From NCBI GenBank assembly GCA_902787295.1, contig CADAFW010000011.1:1-36319 (forward strand): a stretch of 36,319 nt of DNA, in the 5' to 3' direction. The stretch is from an uncultured Bacteroidia bacterium (GTDB taxonomy: Bacteria > Bacteroidota > Bacteroidia > Bacteroidales > UBA932). A model generated the notes under the pieces. That model did no database searches. It had not been told where the DNA came from and worked only from the letters and a program-made list of their open reading frames with translations. Both the position numbers and the translations under genes were made by a program. This document shows positions 16,898 to 27,780 of this stretch, piece by piece; within the stretch, counting starts at the first letter, position 1; each line of letters opens with the position of its first letter.

Positions 16898-18515
16898 TTT
16901 CGACCAGCAGACCAAGATGGAGATCCAGAGGATGCGCACCCTGGATCCCGCCGCACTCGAGGATGCGTTCTACAAGAACCTTGAATTCGGTACCGGCGGA
17001 CTCCGCGGCATTATGGGCGTCGGAACCAACAGGATGAACAAGTACACCGTCGGAATGGCCACCCAGGGCCTTGCGAACTATATCCTGAGCCACGTGGACG
17101 ACCCCGATCCGAAGGTCTGCATCTCCTATGACTCCCGCAACCACAGCAAGGAATTCGCCAAGATCGCCGCCGACGTGCTCTCCGCGAACGGCATCCACGT
17201 GTTCATTTTCGACAATATCCGGCCCACGCCGATGATGAGCTATGCCGTGCGCCTGAAAAAGGCGGTGGCCGGCATCATGATTACGGCCTCCCACAACCCG
17301 AAGGAATACAACGGCTACAAGGTCAGCTGGAGCGACGGCGGCCAGGTGACCGCTCCAGTGGACAAGGAGATCGTGGACGAGGTGGCCAAGATCACCGATC
17401 CGTCCCAGGTGAAGTTCACCTCCGAACTCAAGTGCGGCGGCATCGAGCCCATGGGCGCCGAGGTGGACGAGCTCTATCTCAACGACCTGCTTTCCCTCAG
17501 GCTCAGCCCCGAGGCGGTCGCGGCCCACAGCGACCTCAAGTTCGTCTACACCCCGCTTCACGGATGCGGCGTGCGCATCGTGCCGGAAATGCTCAGGCGG
17601 ATGGGCTTCAAGAACGTCATCCACGTGCCCGAGCAGGACGTCAGCGACGGAGATTTCCCTACGGTCATCTCACCCAATCCGGAGGAGGCTGCCGCGCTCG
17701 ACCTGGCCATAAAGAAGGCTGACGCCACCGGCGCCGACATCGTGATGGGTTCCGACCCGGATGCCGACCGTCTCGGCATCGCCGTGCGCAACGACGAAGG
17801 CAGGATGGTGCTTTTCAACGGCAACCAGACCGCTTCCATGCTGACCTACTACATCCTCACCAGGTGGAAGGAACTGGGCAAGCTCACCGGCGGCAAATAC
17901 GTGGTCAAGACCATAGTCACCACCGAACTCATCAGCGACATCTGCAAGAGCTTCGGCGTTCCCGTGTACAACGTGCTCACCGGCTTCAAATACATTGCCG
18001 AGGTGGTCAAGCGCCGCGAGGCGATGGGCGAGGAGTTCATCTGCGGCGGCGAGGAGAGCTACGGCTTCAACATCGGCCAGTTCGTCCGCGACAAGGACGC
18101 CCCCGTGACCGTGATGATGGTGGCCGAATGTGCCGCCTGGGCCGCTGAGAAGGGTCTCACCCTGTACCAGCTGATGCAGAAGATATACGAGGAATACGGA
18201 TACCGCAAGGAAGGCCTCGTCTCAGTCGTGCGCAAGGGAATAAGCGGCGCCGAGGAGATACGCAACATGATGGCTGCCCTCCGCTCCAATCCTCCGAAGG
18301 AACTCTGCGGCTCTCCCGTCACCAAGGTCATAGACTATCTAGAGCCGGAGAAGACCGGCCAGCCGAGTTCCAACGTGCTGCAGTTCTTCGACGAGGCGGG
18401 CGACGTCGTGTCGGTCCGTCCTTCCGGAACGGAGCCGAAGATCAAGTTCTACTTCGGGGCCAAGGGCGCCGATGCCGACGCTAAGATCGAGAGTCTGAAG
18501 CAGCAGTTCTGCTAA
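16854..18515 (+). CDS. pgm: Phosphoglucomutase / phosphomannomutase
   Basis: LEFGTGGLRG, ITASHNP, DPDADR, GEESYG, RPSGTEPKIKFY. Confidence 0.93.
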   Translation: MKEYELKAMSWLEGDFDQQTKMEIQRMRTLDPAALEDAFYKNLEFGTGGLRGIMGVGTNRMNKYTVGMATQGLANYILSHVDDPDPKVCISYDSRNHSKEFAKIAADVLSANGIHVFIFDNIRPTPMMSYAVRLKKAVAGIMITASHNPKEYNGYKVSWSDGGQVTAPVDKEIVDEVAKITDPSQVKFTSELKCGGIEPMGAEVDELYLNDLLSLRLSPEAVAAHSDLKFVYTPLHGCGVRIVPEMLRRMGFKNVIHVPEQDVSDGDFPTVISPNPEEAAALDLAIKKADATGADIVMGSDPDADRLGIAVRNDEGRMVLFNGNQTASMLTYYILTRWKELGKLTGGKYVVKTIVTTELISDICKSFGVPVYNVLTGFKYIAEVVKRREAMGEEFICGGEESYGFNIGQFVRDKDAPVTVMMVAECAAWAAEKGLTLYQLMQKIYEEYGYRKEGLVSVVRKGISGAEEIRNMMAALRSNPPKELCGSPVTKVIDYLEPEKTGQPSSNVLQFFDEAGDVVSVRPSGTEPKIKFYFGAKGADADAKIESLKQQFC

Positions 18516-19010
18516 AATAGAGACACCATTCCTTAAGGCCGCAGTTTCCGCACTGCGGCTTTTTTGCCGTGCATACGTACCTGCCGTGCAGGATCAGCCA
18601 GTGGTGCGAGACGGCGCGCAGATCCTCGGGGATGTGCCGCTCGAGGTCCAGTTCCACGGCCCTGGGCGTCTTGCCCTTTGACAGGCCCAGGCGGTGCGAC
18701 ACGCGGAATACGTGGGTGTCCACGGCAATGACGGGCTCGGCGAATATGACCGACGCCACCACGTTCGCAGTCTTCCTTCCCACGCCCGGGAGCGTCATCA
18801 GCAGGTCCACGTCGGACGGGACCGCACGGTGGGGTAGCGCTTGAAGAGTTCCGGGGTGGTCATGTTCACCCTCCTGTCGGTGCATTGGGCGGACAGGACG
18901 ACCGAAACTATCAGTTCGTAGGGGTCCCTGAAGACCAGTTCCGTCTGCGCGACGGGGTTGTTCTTCAGGAAATAGCCTATGATCCCGCTATATCTCTCTG
19001 CAAGCCTCAT
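18481..19010 (-). pseudogene. nth: Endonuclease III disrupted by internal deletion plus frameshift
   Basis: Frame 1 has TEL...VVLSAQCTDRRVN...FKRYPT then a premature TGA (18798). Frame 2 has VPSDVDLLMTLPGVGRKTANV, AVDTHVFRV and the 4Fe-4S motif CTAKKPQCGNCGLKEWC. About 40-45 codons expected between the parts are absent. Confidence 0.9.
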
Positions 19011-19680
19011 CCTTGGTTTCGAAGACCCTGCCTGGGTATTGTTCGATGATATGGCGGTTGTGGGTCACCATCACGATGGCCGTCCCGTTCTCCCGGTTGA
19101 TCTTGAGGAGCAGCTCGAGGATTCCCTTGGCGGTCTCCCCGTCGAGGTTGCCCGTGGGCTCGTCGGCTATGATGACTTCCGGGCTGTTGAGGATGGCCCT
19201 GGCGATGGCGATGCGCTGTTGCTCGCCTCCGGACAGCTGGTGGGGCATCTTGTGCGCCTTCGTGGGCAGGCCCACGGCGTTGAGCACTTCGTCTATCTTC
19301 TTGTCAATCAATACGTTGTCCTTCCATCCGGTGGCCTTGAGCACGAATGCCAGGTTTTCCTCCACGGTGCGGTCCATGAGCAGCTGGAAGTCCTGGAAGA
19401 CGACTCCGAGCTTGCGGCGCAGGTAGGGGATCTCCTTGTTCCTGATGCCCGCGAGGTCGAAGCCGCAGACCTTCCCTTCACCCTTGCCGAGCTTGTTCTC
19501 GGCGGTCATCGTGCGGATAATCGAGGTCTTGCCGGTGCCCACCTTGCCCACTATGTAGACGAGGTCTCCGGGATATACCTCCATGTCGAGTCCGTAGACC
19601 ACCACGGCCTCTCCGTTCAGGATGTCGGCATCTCTGAAAGAGATGACGGGGATTTTTTCAGTCTGCTCGGAATTGTTCAT
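18988..19680 (-). CDS. FtsE-like ABC ATP-binding protein (no adjacent permease)
   Basis: GKVGTGKTS, LRRKLGVVFQDFQLL, LSGGEQQR, ADEPTGNLD, MVTHN. Start at ATG 19680, downstream of the -7 box. Confidence 0.88.
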   Translation of the reverse strand: MNNSEQTEKIPVISFRDADILNGEAVVVYGLDMEVYPGDLVYIVGKVGTGKTSIIRTMTAENKLGKGEGKVCGFDLAGIRNKEIPYLRRKLGVVFQDFQLLMDRTVEENLAFVLKATGWKDNVLIDKKIDEVLNAVGLPTKAHKMPHQLSGGEQQRIAIARAILNSPEVIIADEPTGNLDGETAKGILELLLKINRENGTAIVMVTHNRHIIEQYPGRVFETKDEACREI

Positions 19681-19710
19681 AAAATGGGAATAATTGTTGT
19701 TTTTCCTATA

Positions 19711-19739
19711 CAAATATAGGTTTAAATTTAGTATTTTTG
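19711..19739. promoter_or_regulatory. Back-to-back -7 promoter boxes
   Basis: TATATTTG on minus (19711-19718) and TATTTTTG on plus (19732-19739). Confidence 0.65.
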
Positions 19740-19761
19740 TAAACTATAAAAGTTTTTGTTT

Positions 19762-22722
19762 ATGAGAGTGAAAATACTGGTGACAGCCGCGCTCGCGGCA
19801 AGCGTCATCTCTTCTCTTCCAGCCTTCGGCCAGGACGGCGGTTCCGGCATCTACAGGGAGGCCTTGAACCTTTATTCCAGCGGAATGTATGAGAGGGCCA
19901 GGACCCTGTTCGAGTCCTTGCCCGGAAACGATATGGCCGAAGGCTATGCGGTGCTCTGTGCACTCAAGCTGAACTCGGTCGATGCAGCGGACGTCTACTC
20001 GGACTATGCCTCCAGGCACGGCCGTGCGACCCTGCTGCCCCAGATGCATTACGAGCGCGCGCTCACCCTCTTCGACGCCCAGGACTATCCCGGCGCCGCG
20101 GCGGAGTTCGCCAAGGTCGATGCCAAGGCCGTCAGCGCGATGAATTCCGCGGAAGCGCTCTTCAAGCGGGGCTACTGCGCATTCGCGGCCGGCGACCACG
20201 CGACGGCGAGGTCCTTCTTCGGCAAGGTCGATTCCATGCCGATGAGCGCCTTCACCTCCGCCGCCTGCTATCTCAACGGCTATATGGACTACACCGAGAG
20301 CCGCTTCGTGCAGGCGGAGCCCTGGTTCACCAAGTCGGCCTCGGACCCGCGTTTCAGCGAGCTTTCCAATTTCTACCTGGTGGACTGCGAGTTCAACCGC
20401 AAGAACTACGACTACGTGCTCGACAGGGGAGTGGCCCTTTTCGAGAACGTGCCGGTGGAGCGCAGGCAGCGCCTCGCGCGCATGATTTCCGAGTCCTACC
20501 TCGTCAAGGGGGACAAGGACAACGCCCTGAAATACTATGACGCCTCGTCCCATTCCAAGATGACCCGTTCCGACTATTTCTATGCCGGTTCGGTGCTCTA
20601 TGCCGTGGAAGACTACCAGGGGGCCATTGAGAACTTCAACAAGATGACCGACAGGACCGACTCGCTCGGCCAGATCGCGAACTACCATATGGCGAACGCC
20701 TACCTCCACACCCGCAACAACGTTGCCGCCATGGATGCCTTCAAGGCGGCTTCGCTCCCGGATTTTGACGCCAGGATCAAGGAGGACGCATCCTTCAACT
20801 ACGCCAAGCTCGCCTTCGACCTGAACAAGGACCCGAACGGATTCACCGATTACATCAAGACCTACAGCACCACCACCAAGGGCGACCAGATCTACGGCTA
20901 TATGGCCCTCGCAGCCCTCTACAACCGCGATTACGCCGGGGCGGTGGCAGCCTATGACCACATAGACGAGCTCGAGCCCGGCATGCAGAACAACTACACC
21001 AAGGCCAATTACCTCCGTGCCGTGCAGCTGGTGGGAAGCGGTTCCTACAGGGACGCGGTGCCCTGCCTGAGGGCCGCCGCATACTACCTGCCCAAGTCCG
21101 ACAGGCTCAACCAGCTCGCCCGCTACTGGCTCGCCGAGTCCTACTTCAAGAGCGACAACGTCGGGCAGGCGAAGGAGATCTTCACGGAACTCTATAACGC
21201 AGCGGCCCTGGATGATATGAGCGAGGGCTCGCTCCTTCCCTACAACGTGGCATACTGCTATCTCAAGGAAGACAACTACCCGCTCGCGGCCCGCTGGTTC
21301 GACACCTATATCGACAACGGCGCGCTGCTGTACCGCGAGGATGCGCTCACCCGCAGGGCGGACTGCGACTTCGCCCGCAAGGACTACAGGCAGGCCGTCA
21401 CCAGTTACCAGAAGGTGCTTTCCGAATTCTTCACCCCCAACGGCATCTATCCTTACTACCGCCAGGCGCTCGCATACGGCCTGAACGGGGACAGGGACGC
21501 CAAGGTCAGGGTGCTCGCCAACGTGGAGAAGGCCTCTCCGAAGTCCCCGCTCTACGACGAGGCGATGTATGAACTCGGCCGCACCTACGCCGACCTGAAG
21601 AAGAATGCCGACGCGGTGCGCGTGTTCTCCAAGCTCCGCGCCGAGACGAAGGACAGCACCTATGTGGCCAAGTCCCTCATAGGCCTCGGAATGGTCAAGC
21701 GCAACGCCGGCGACTACGACAACGCCCTCAAGTACTACAAGTCCGTGGTGTCCATGATGCCCGGCAGCGAGTTCGCGGAGGATGCGCTGCTCGCCATAGA
21801 GAGCATCTACCAGACCCGCAAGGAGCCTGAGAAGTACCTGGAATACGTGGAGCAGAACCAGCTCAACGCCAAGGCCAGCGCCGAGGACCGCGAGAAGATG
21901 TACTTCAACACGGCCGAGCAGGTCTTCCTCGGCGGCAACCACCAGCAGGCGCTCGTCTCGCTCCAGCGCTATCTCGACGAATACCCGAAGGGCTCGAAGC
22001 TCGGACAGGCCTGGTTCTACATGGCCGAGTCCTACAAGGCCATAGGCAACAAGGAGAAGGCCATCGAGTCCTACCTCAAGGTCATCGACCTCGGCGGGTC
22101 CGATTCCTTCACGGAGAGTTCCCGTCTCGGCTATGCTGCCCTGTCCTACGACATCGAGCGCTTCTCCGATGCATACTCCGGCTATTCCGGCCTCAACGCC
22201 AACGCCAGGATAGAGGCCAACAAGGCGACCGCGCAGATAGGAATGATGCGTTCCGCCTTCAGGGCCCGCAACTACGAGAACGCCATCGCCGCATCGGCCC
22301 TGGTGCTCTCCCAGTCCGGCCTCTCCGCCGACCTGAAGAGGGAGGCCGAGTACGTGCAGGCCAAGTCCTACCTGGGATGCAGCCGGCGTGCGGAGGCTCT
22401 CAGGATGTTCCGCGCCCTCGCGTCCAACCCTTCCACCGCGGAAGGCGCCGAAGCGAAGTACATCATCATCCAGGACATCTTCGACAAGGGTGAGTTCACC
22501 AATGTCGAGACCGAGGTCTATGAATTCTCCCAGAAGGCCGGCAGCCAGTCCTACTGGCTCGCCAAGGCCTACATCGTCCTCGCCGATTCCTTCGCCGCAC
22601 GCGGCATGAACGGACAGGCCAGGGCGACCTACGAGAGCATCCGTGACGGCTACACCCCGTTCGGGGACACCGACGACGTGCTCGACAATGTCAAACGCAA
22701 ACTCGCAGCCCTCTCCGAGTAA
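19762..22722 (+). CDS. Large exported tetratricopeptide-repeat protein (~987 aa)
   Basis: Signal peptide ending AFG-Q; many TPR units (ALFKRGYCAF, ANYHMANAYL, ARYWLAESYF, AMYELGRTY, AWFYMAESY, YWLAKAYIVLAD). Confidence 0.9.
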   Translation: MRVKILVTAALAASVISSLPAFGQDGGSGIYREALNLYSSGMYERARTLFESLPGNDMAEGYAVLCALKLNSVDAADVYSDYASRHGRATLLPQMHYERALTLFDAQDYPGAAAEFAKVDAKAVSAMNSAEALFKRGYCAFAAGDHATARSFFGKVDSMPMSAFTSAACYLNGYMDYTESRFVQAEPWFTKSASDPRFSELSNFYLVDCEFNRKNYDYVLDRGVALFENVPVERRQRLARMISESYLVKGDKDNALKYYDASSHSKMTRSDYFYAGSVLYAVEDYQGAIENFNKMTDRTDSLGQIANYHMANAYLHTRNNVAAMDAFKAASLPDFDARIKEDASFNYAKLAFDLNKDPNGFTDYIKTYSTTTKGDQIYGYMALAALYNRDYAGAVAAYDHIDELEPGMQNNYTKANYLRAVQLVGSGSYRDAVPCLRAAAYYLPKSDRLNQLARYWLAESYFKSDNVGQAKEIFTELYNAAALDDMSEGSLLPYNVAYCYLKEDNYPLAARWFDTYIDNGALLYREDALTRRADCDFARKDYRQAVTSYQKVLSEFFTPNGIYPYYRQALAYGLNGDRDAKVRVLANVEKASPKSPLYDEAMYELGRTYADLKKNADAVRVFSKLRAETKDSTYVAKSLIGLGMVKRNAGDYDNALKYYKSVVSMMPGSEFAEDALLAIESIYQTRKEPEKYLEYVEQNQLNAKASAEDREKMYFNTAEQVFLGGNHQQALVSLQRYLDEYPKGSKLGQAWFYMAESYKAIGNKEKAIESYLKVIDLGGSDSFTESSRLGYAALSYDIERFSDAYSGYSGLNANARIEANKATAQIGMMRSAFRARNYENAIAASALVLSQSGLSADLKREAEYVQAKSYLGCSRRAEALRMFRALASNPSTAEGAEAKYIIIQDIFDKGEFTNVETEVYEFSQKAGSQSYWLAKAYIVLADSFAARGMNGQARATYESIRDGYTPFGDTDDVLDNVKRKLAALSE

Positions 22723-22736
22723 TGATCCTTCCTGCA

Positions 22737-24416
22737 ATGAAAAAGACAATCGCCATACTTACAGTCCTTGCGGCCGGGCTTCCGATGCTCGCGCAGAACG
22801 TGAACCAGACCGTCAGGGTTACCAACGAATATGAGTCCCGGCCGTCCGATTTCCAGAAGAAGGGCCTCGACATGTACGTGCCCGACACGCTGATGGTGTT
22901 CGACTACAAGTTCGACTATTCGGTGTTCGACTCCCCGTACAAGGGGGCGTATGAATTCTCCCCGTATTCGGTGCGCCTCACTCCGGACGCCCGCAATGTG
23001 TACCGGAACAAGCTGTACGTGCGCTTCGGCGCCGGTTATTCGTTCCACCCGGAGCTGGACGTGGATTCCGAATTCAAACTGCGGGACAACTTCTCGCTCA
23101 GCGTGTTCGGCACCGGCAGGGGATACTACGGCAACTACCGCCTGATGGACAAGACCCTCGTGGCGGACCGCAAGAACCTGCATAACGGTTTCGATTTCAA
23201 GGACAACGCCGGCGTGAGCGGAAGGGTCAACCTCGCCGCCGCTGACCTCACCTTCGAGGTCGGGCACGACGGTGTCTTCGCCGCCGACAGGAACCTCGGT
23301 TCGGCATACAACTCCGCGTATGCCAAGGCGCGCATCCGCTCCACCGATTCCGACAATTCCTTCTTCTACTATGACTTTGGCGCCAACTACCGCTTCGGCC
23401 ACGACGATGTCTATTACGCCGCTGCGGACCGTCCCAAGCTCGATGAGCACGACATAGCCTTCTACGGCACGCTGGGCCCCGTGCTCGACAGGAAATACCG
23501 CTTCCTCGCCGATTTCTGGCTCGAGCAGCAGCTCTCGTCCGGAATGGCCATAAGCAACGCGACCCTCTTCAAGGTCACCCCGCGCTTCGAGTTCGAACTC
23601 GGTCCCGTGTCGATGAGCGCCGGCGCGAAGCTGGACTTCAATTCGCAGAAGACTTTCACCGTCTATCCCGACGTAAAGGCCAGCGCGTATTTCTTCAAGG
23701 ACCTCCTTAGGGTATACGGCTCCCTGTCCGGAGACAGCTGGATCAATACCTTCCACACGATGAAGGAGCGCAACCACTTCTTCGTCGCCGACAACGTGAT
23801 GCTCGCCGAGGGCGCCGTACCGATGCAGGTCAGCCGCGAGCGGCTCAAGGGCCTCCTGGGCGCGTCCGCGCAGTTCCGACATCTCGCCGCGGACCTCAAC
23901 CTCGGCGCCACCCGCATGCAGAACGCCCTTGCCGATTCCTGGTTCTTCTACAAGACCGGGAACGTGGAGGACTGCTACACCGTTGCCGACTATACGCTCC
24001 TGCATTCCGATGCCAGGGCAAGCTGGACCTCCGACCGCTTCGAGCTGGTCGCTGGCGCTGCGCTCAGGCACGTCGTGCGCTCCGGGAAATTCGCTTACGC
24101 CGCTCCCGTCCGCATGTTCTATGCTCCGGCCCTCTTTACGGGCGACGTGAGCGCCGTATATAATTGGAACAAGCGCATCTACGCCGGTCTCTGGCTCAAG
24201 GGAAGCACCGCCAGGACAGCCTGCGCGCCGGCCGGTGAGGACTATGCGAAGGTGCCCGGATGGATCGAGGTCGGGGTCAGCGGACGCTACGTCTTCAGCG
24301 ACAAATGGAGCGCCTGGGTGCAGGGCGGCAACCTCGCGATGCAGTCCGTCAGGAGCGACATCACCCACGTGCAGGCAGGCCCTTATTTCACCCTCGGAAT
24401 CACGTTTACTTTGTAA
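22737..24416 (+). CDS. Outer membrane beta-barrel protein (TonB-receptor-like barrel, no evident plug)
   Basis: Signal peptide MKKTIAILTVLAAGLPMLA-Q; N-terminal TVRVTNEY extended segment; aromatic amphipathic strands; ends GGNL...FTLGITFTL. Confidence 0.7.
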   Translation: MKKTIAILTVLAAGLPMLAQNVNQTVRVTNEYESRPSDFQKKGLDMYVPDTLMVFDYKFDYSVFDSPYKGAYEFSPYSVRLTPDARNVYRNKLYVRFGAGYSFHPELDVDSEFKLRDNFSLSVFGTGRGYYGNYRLMDKTLVADRKNLHNGFDFKDNAGVSGRVNLAAADLTFEVGHDGVFAADRNLGSAYNSAYAKARIRSTDSDNSFFYYDFGANYRFGHDDVYYAAADRPKLDEHDIAFYGTLGPVLDRKYRFLADFWLEQQLSSGMAISNATLFKVTPRFEFELGPVSMSAGAKLDFNSQKTFTVYPDVKASAYFFKDLLRVYGSLSGDSWINTFHTMKERNHFFVADNVMLAEGAVPMQVSRERLKGLLGASAQFRHLAADLNLGATRMQNALADSWFFYKTGNVEDCYTVADYTLLHSDARASWTSDRFELVAGAALRHVVRSGKFAYAAPVRMFYAPALFTGDVSAVYNWNKRIYAGLWLKGSTARTACAPAGEDYAKVPGWIEVGVSGRYVFSDKWSAWVQGGNLAMQSVRSDITHVQAGPYFTLGITFTL

Positions 24417-24425
24417 TTTTTTCAG

Positions 24426-24433
24426 TATATTTG
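24426..24433 (+). promoter_or_regulatory. -7 promoter box upstream of gyrB
   Basis: TATATTTG matches TAnnTTTG. Confidence 0.6.
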
Positions 24434-24446
24434 TAAACTATTATAA

Positions 24447-26495
<2,049 letters not shown>

Positions 26496-26520
26496 CGTAT
26501 ACAAGTACCAATAAACCATC

Positions 26521-27780
26521 ATGTTAGACATTTTTGACAGAATCGAAAGAGATTCAGGCGGTCCTCTCGGACAGTATTTCGACCAGGCATTCGGCTATTA
26601 TATGTATCCCCGTCTCGAGGGCGAGCTGGGTCCCCATATGGTCTTCAACGGCAAGGAAGTCCTCAACTGGAGCCTCAACAACTACCTCGGACTGGCAAAC
26701 CATCCCGAGGTGCGCAAGGCCGACGCCGAGGCTGCCGCACAGTGGGGCCTCGCATATCCGATGGGCGCCCGCATGATGTCCGGCCATACCAGGTATCACG
26801 AGCAGCTGGAGAAGATGTTCGCCGACTTCGAGAAGAAGGAGGACGCATTCCTCTTCAACTTCGGCTACCAGGGCATCGTCTCCACCATAGACGCCATCAC
26901 CAACAGGCACGACGTCATCGTCTATGACGCCGAGTGCCACGCCTGCCTAATGGACGGCATCCGCCTCCACACCGGCAGCAAGTACAAATACCGCCACAAC
27001 AACATCGTCGACTGCGAAAGGGTCCTCGCCAGGGCTTGCAAGGAGGCCGACGAGAACGGTGGCGGCGTGCTCCTCATCACCGAGGGCGTCTACGGAATGA
27101 CCGGCGCGATGGGCATCCTGGACAAGATCGCCGCACTCAAGGCAAAATACAATTTCCGCTTCATGATCGACGACGCCCACGGCTTCGGCCTCCTCGGCGA
27201 GCACGGACGCGGAACTTCCGAGCAGCTCGGCTGCATGGATGCAGTGGACCTCTACATCGGTGCATTCGCGAAGAGCATGGCCAGCATCGGCGGCTTCGTT
27301 GCAGGTCCCCACAAGATCATAAACTACCTCCGCGCCAACCTCCGTTCCCAGCTGTATGCTAAGAGCCAGCCTATGGCGTTCGTGCTCGGCAACATCAAGC
27401 GCATGCAGATCATCGACAGCCCCGAGGGAGACGAGCTCCGCAGGAAGTGCTGGCAGATCACCCACGCCATCCAGGACGGTTTCCGCAAGGAAGGCTTCGA
27501 CATCGGCGAGGCCGAGGCCTGCGTCACCCCGGTGCATATCCGCGGCGGCGTAGCACAGGCTACCCAGATGGCCAAGGACCTCCGTGAGAACTACAGGATA
27601 TTCTGCTCCATCGTGGTCTATCCCGTCATTCCTCCGGGAATGGTCATTTTCCGCATCGTCAGCACCGCGGCCCACACCATGGAAGACGTCGAGTACACGC
27701 TCAAGGCTTTCAAGGAGATCAAGGCCAAGCTGGATGCCGGAGTTTACGATGACGAAGTCGCAGCCATGACCATAGAATAG
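26521..27780 (+). CDS. PLP-dependent alpha-oxoamine synthase, probably cysteate acyltransferase of sulfonolipid synthesis (SulA/CapB-like)
   Basis: NNYLGL, PMGARMMSG, HAC, DDAHG, PLP lysine in AFAKS (K251), SQLYAKS (K281). Closer to the Alistipes/Flavobacterium cysteate acyltransferase type, as I recall it, than to SPT, BioF or Kbl. Confidence 0.72.
   Translation: MLDIFDRIERDSGGPLGQYFDQAFGYYMYPRLEGELGPHMVFNGKEVLNWSLNNYLGLANHPEVRKADAEAAAQWGLAYPMGARMMSGHTRYHEQLEKMFADFEKKEDAFLFNFGYQGIVSTIDAITNRHDVIVYDAECHACLMDGIRLHTGSKYKYRHNNIVDCERVLARACKEADENGGGVLLITEGVYGMTGAMGILDKIAALKAKYNFRFMIDDAHGFGLLGEHGRGTSEQLGCMDAVDLYIGAFAKSMASIGGFVAGPHKIINYLRANLRSQLYAKSQPMAFVLGNIKRMQIIDSPEGDELRRKCWQITHAIQDGFRKEGFDIGEAEACVTPVHIRGGVAQATQMAKDLRENYRIFCSIVVYPVIPPGMVIFRIVSTAAHTMEDVEYTLKAFKEIKAKLDAGVYDDEVAAMTIE

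Noticed and set aside
18798-18885. Programmed ribosomal frameshift in nth
   Set aside because: No slippery heptamer at the junction, and an essential internal segment is physically missing
19744-22749. 1001-aa antisense ORF (likewise 22650-24368, 24579-26531, 28251-29816, 30885-32960, 3333-4850)
   Set aside because: Mirror frames of real genes; stop codons are rare on the antisense strand of C/G-ending codons, and the V/G/L/E/H-rich composition is typical of such artefacts
26521-27780. Calling this gene spt, bioF or a kbl duplicate
   Set aside because: Lacks Kbl motifs (SVRFICG, RPYLFS) and the SPT-type GTFSKS motif; no biotin genes nearby
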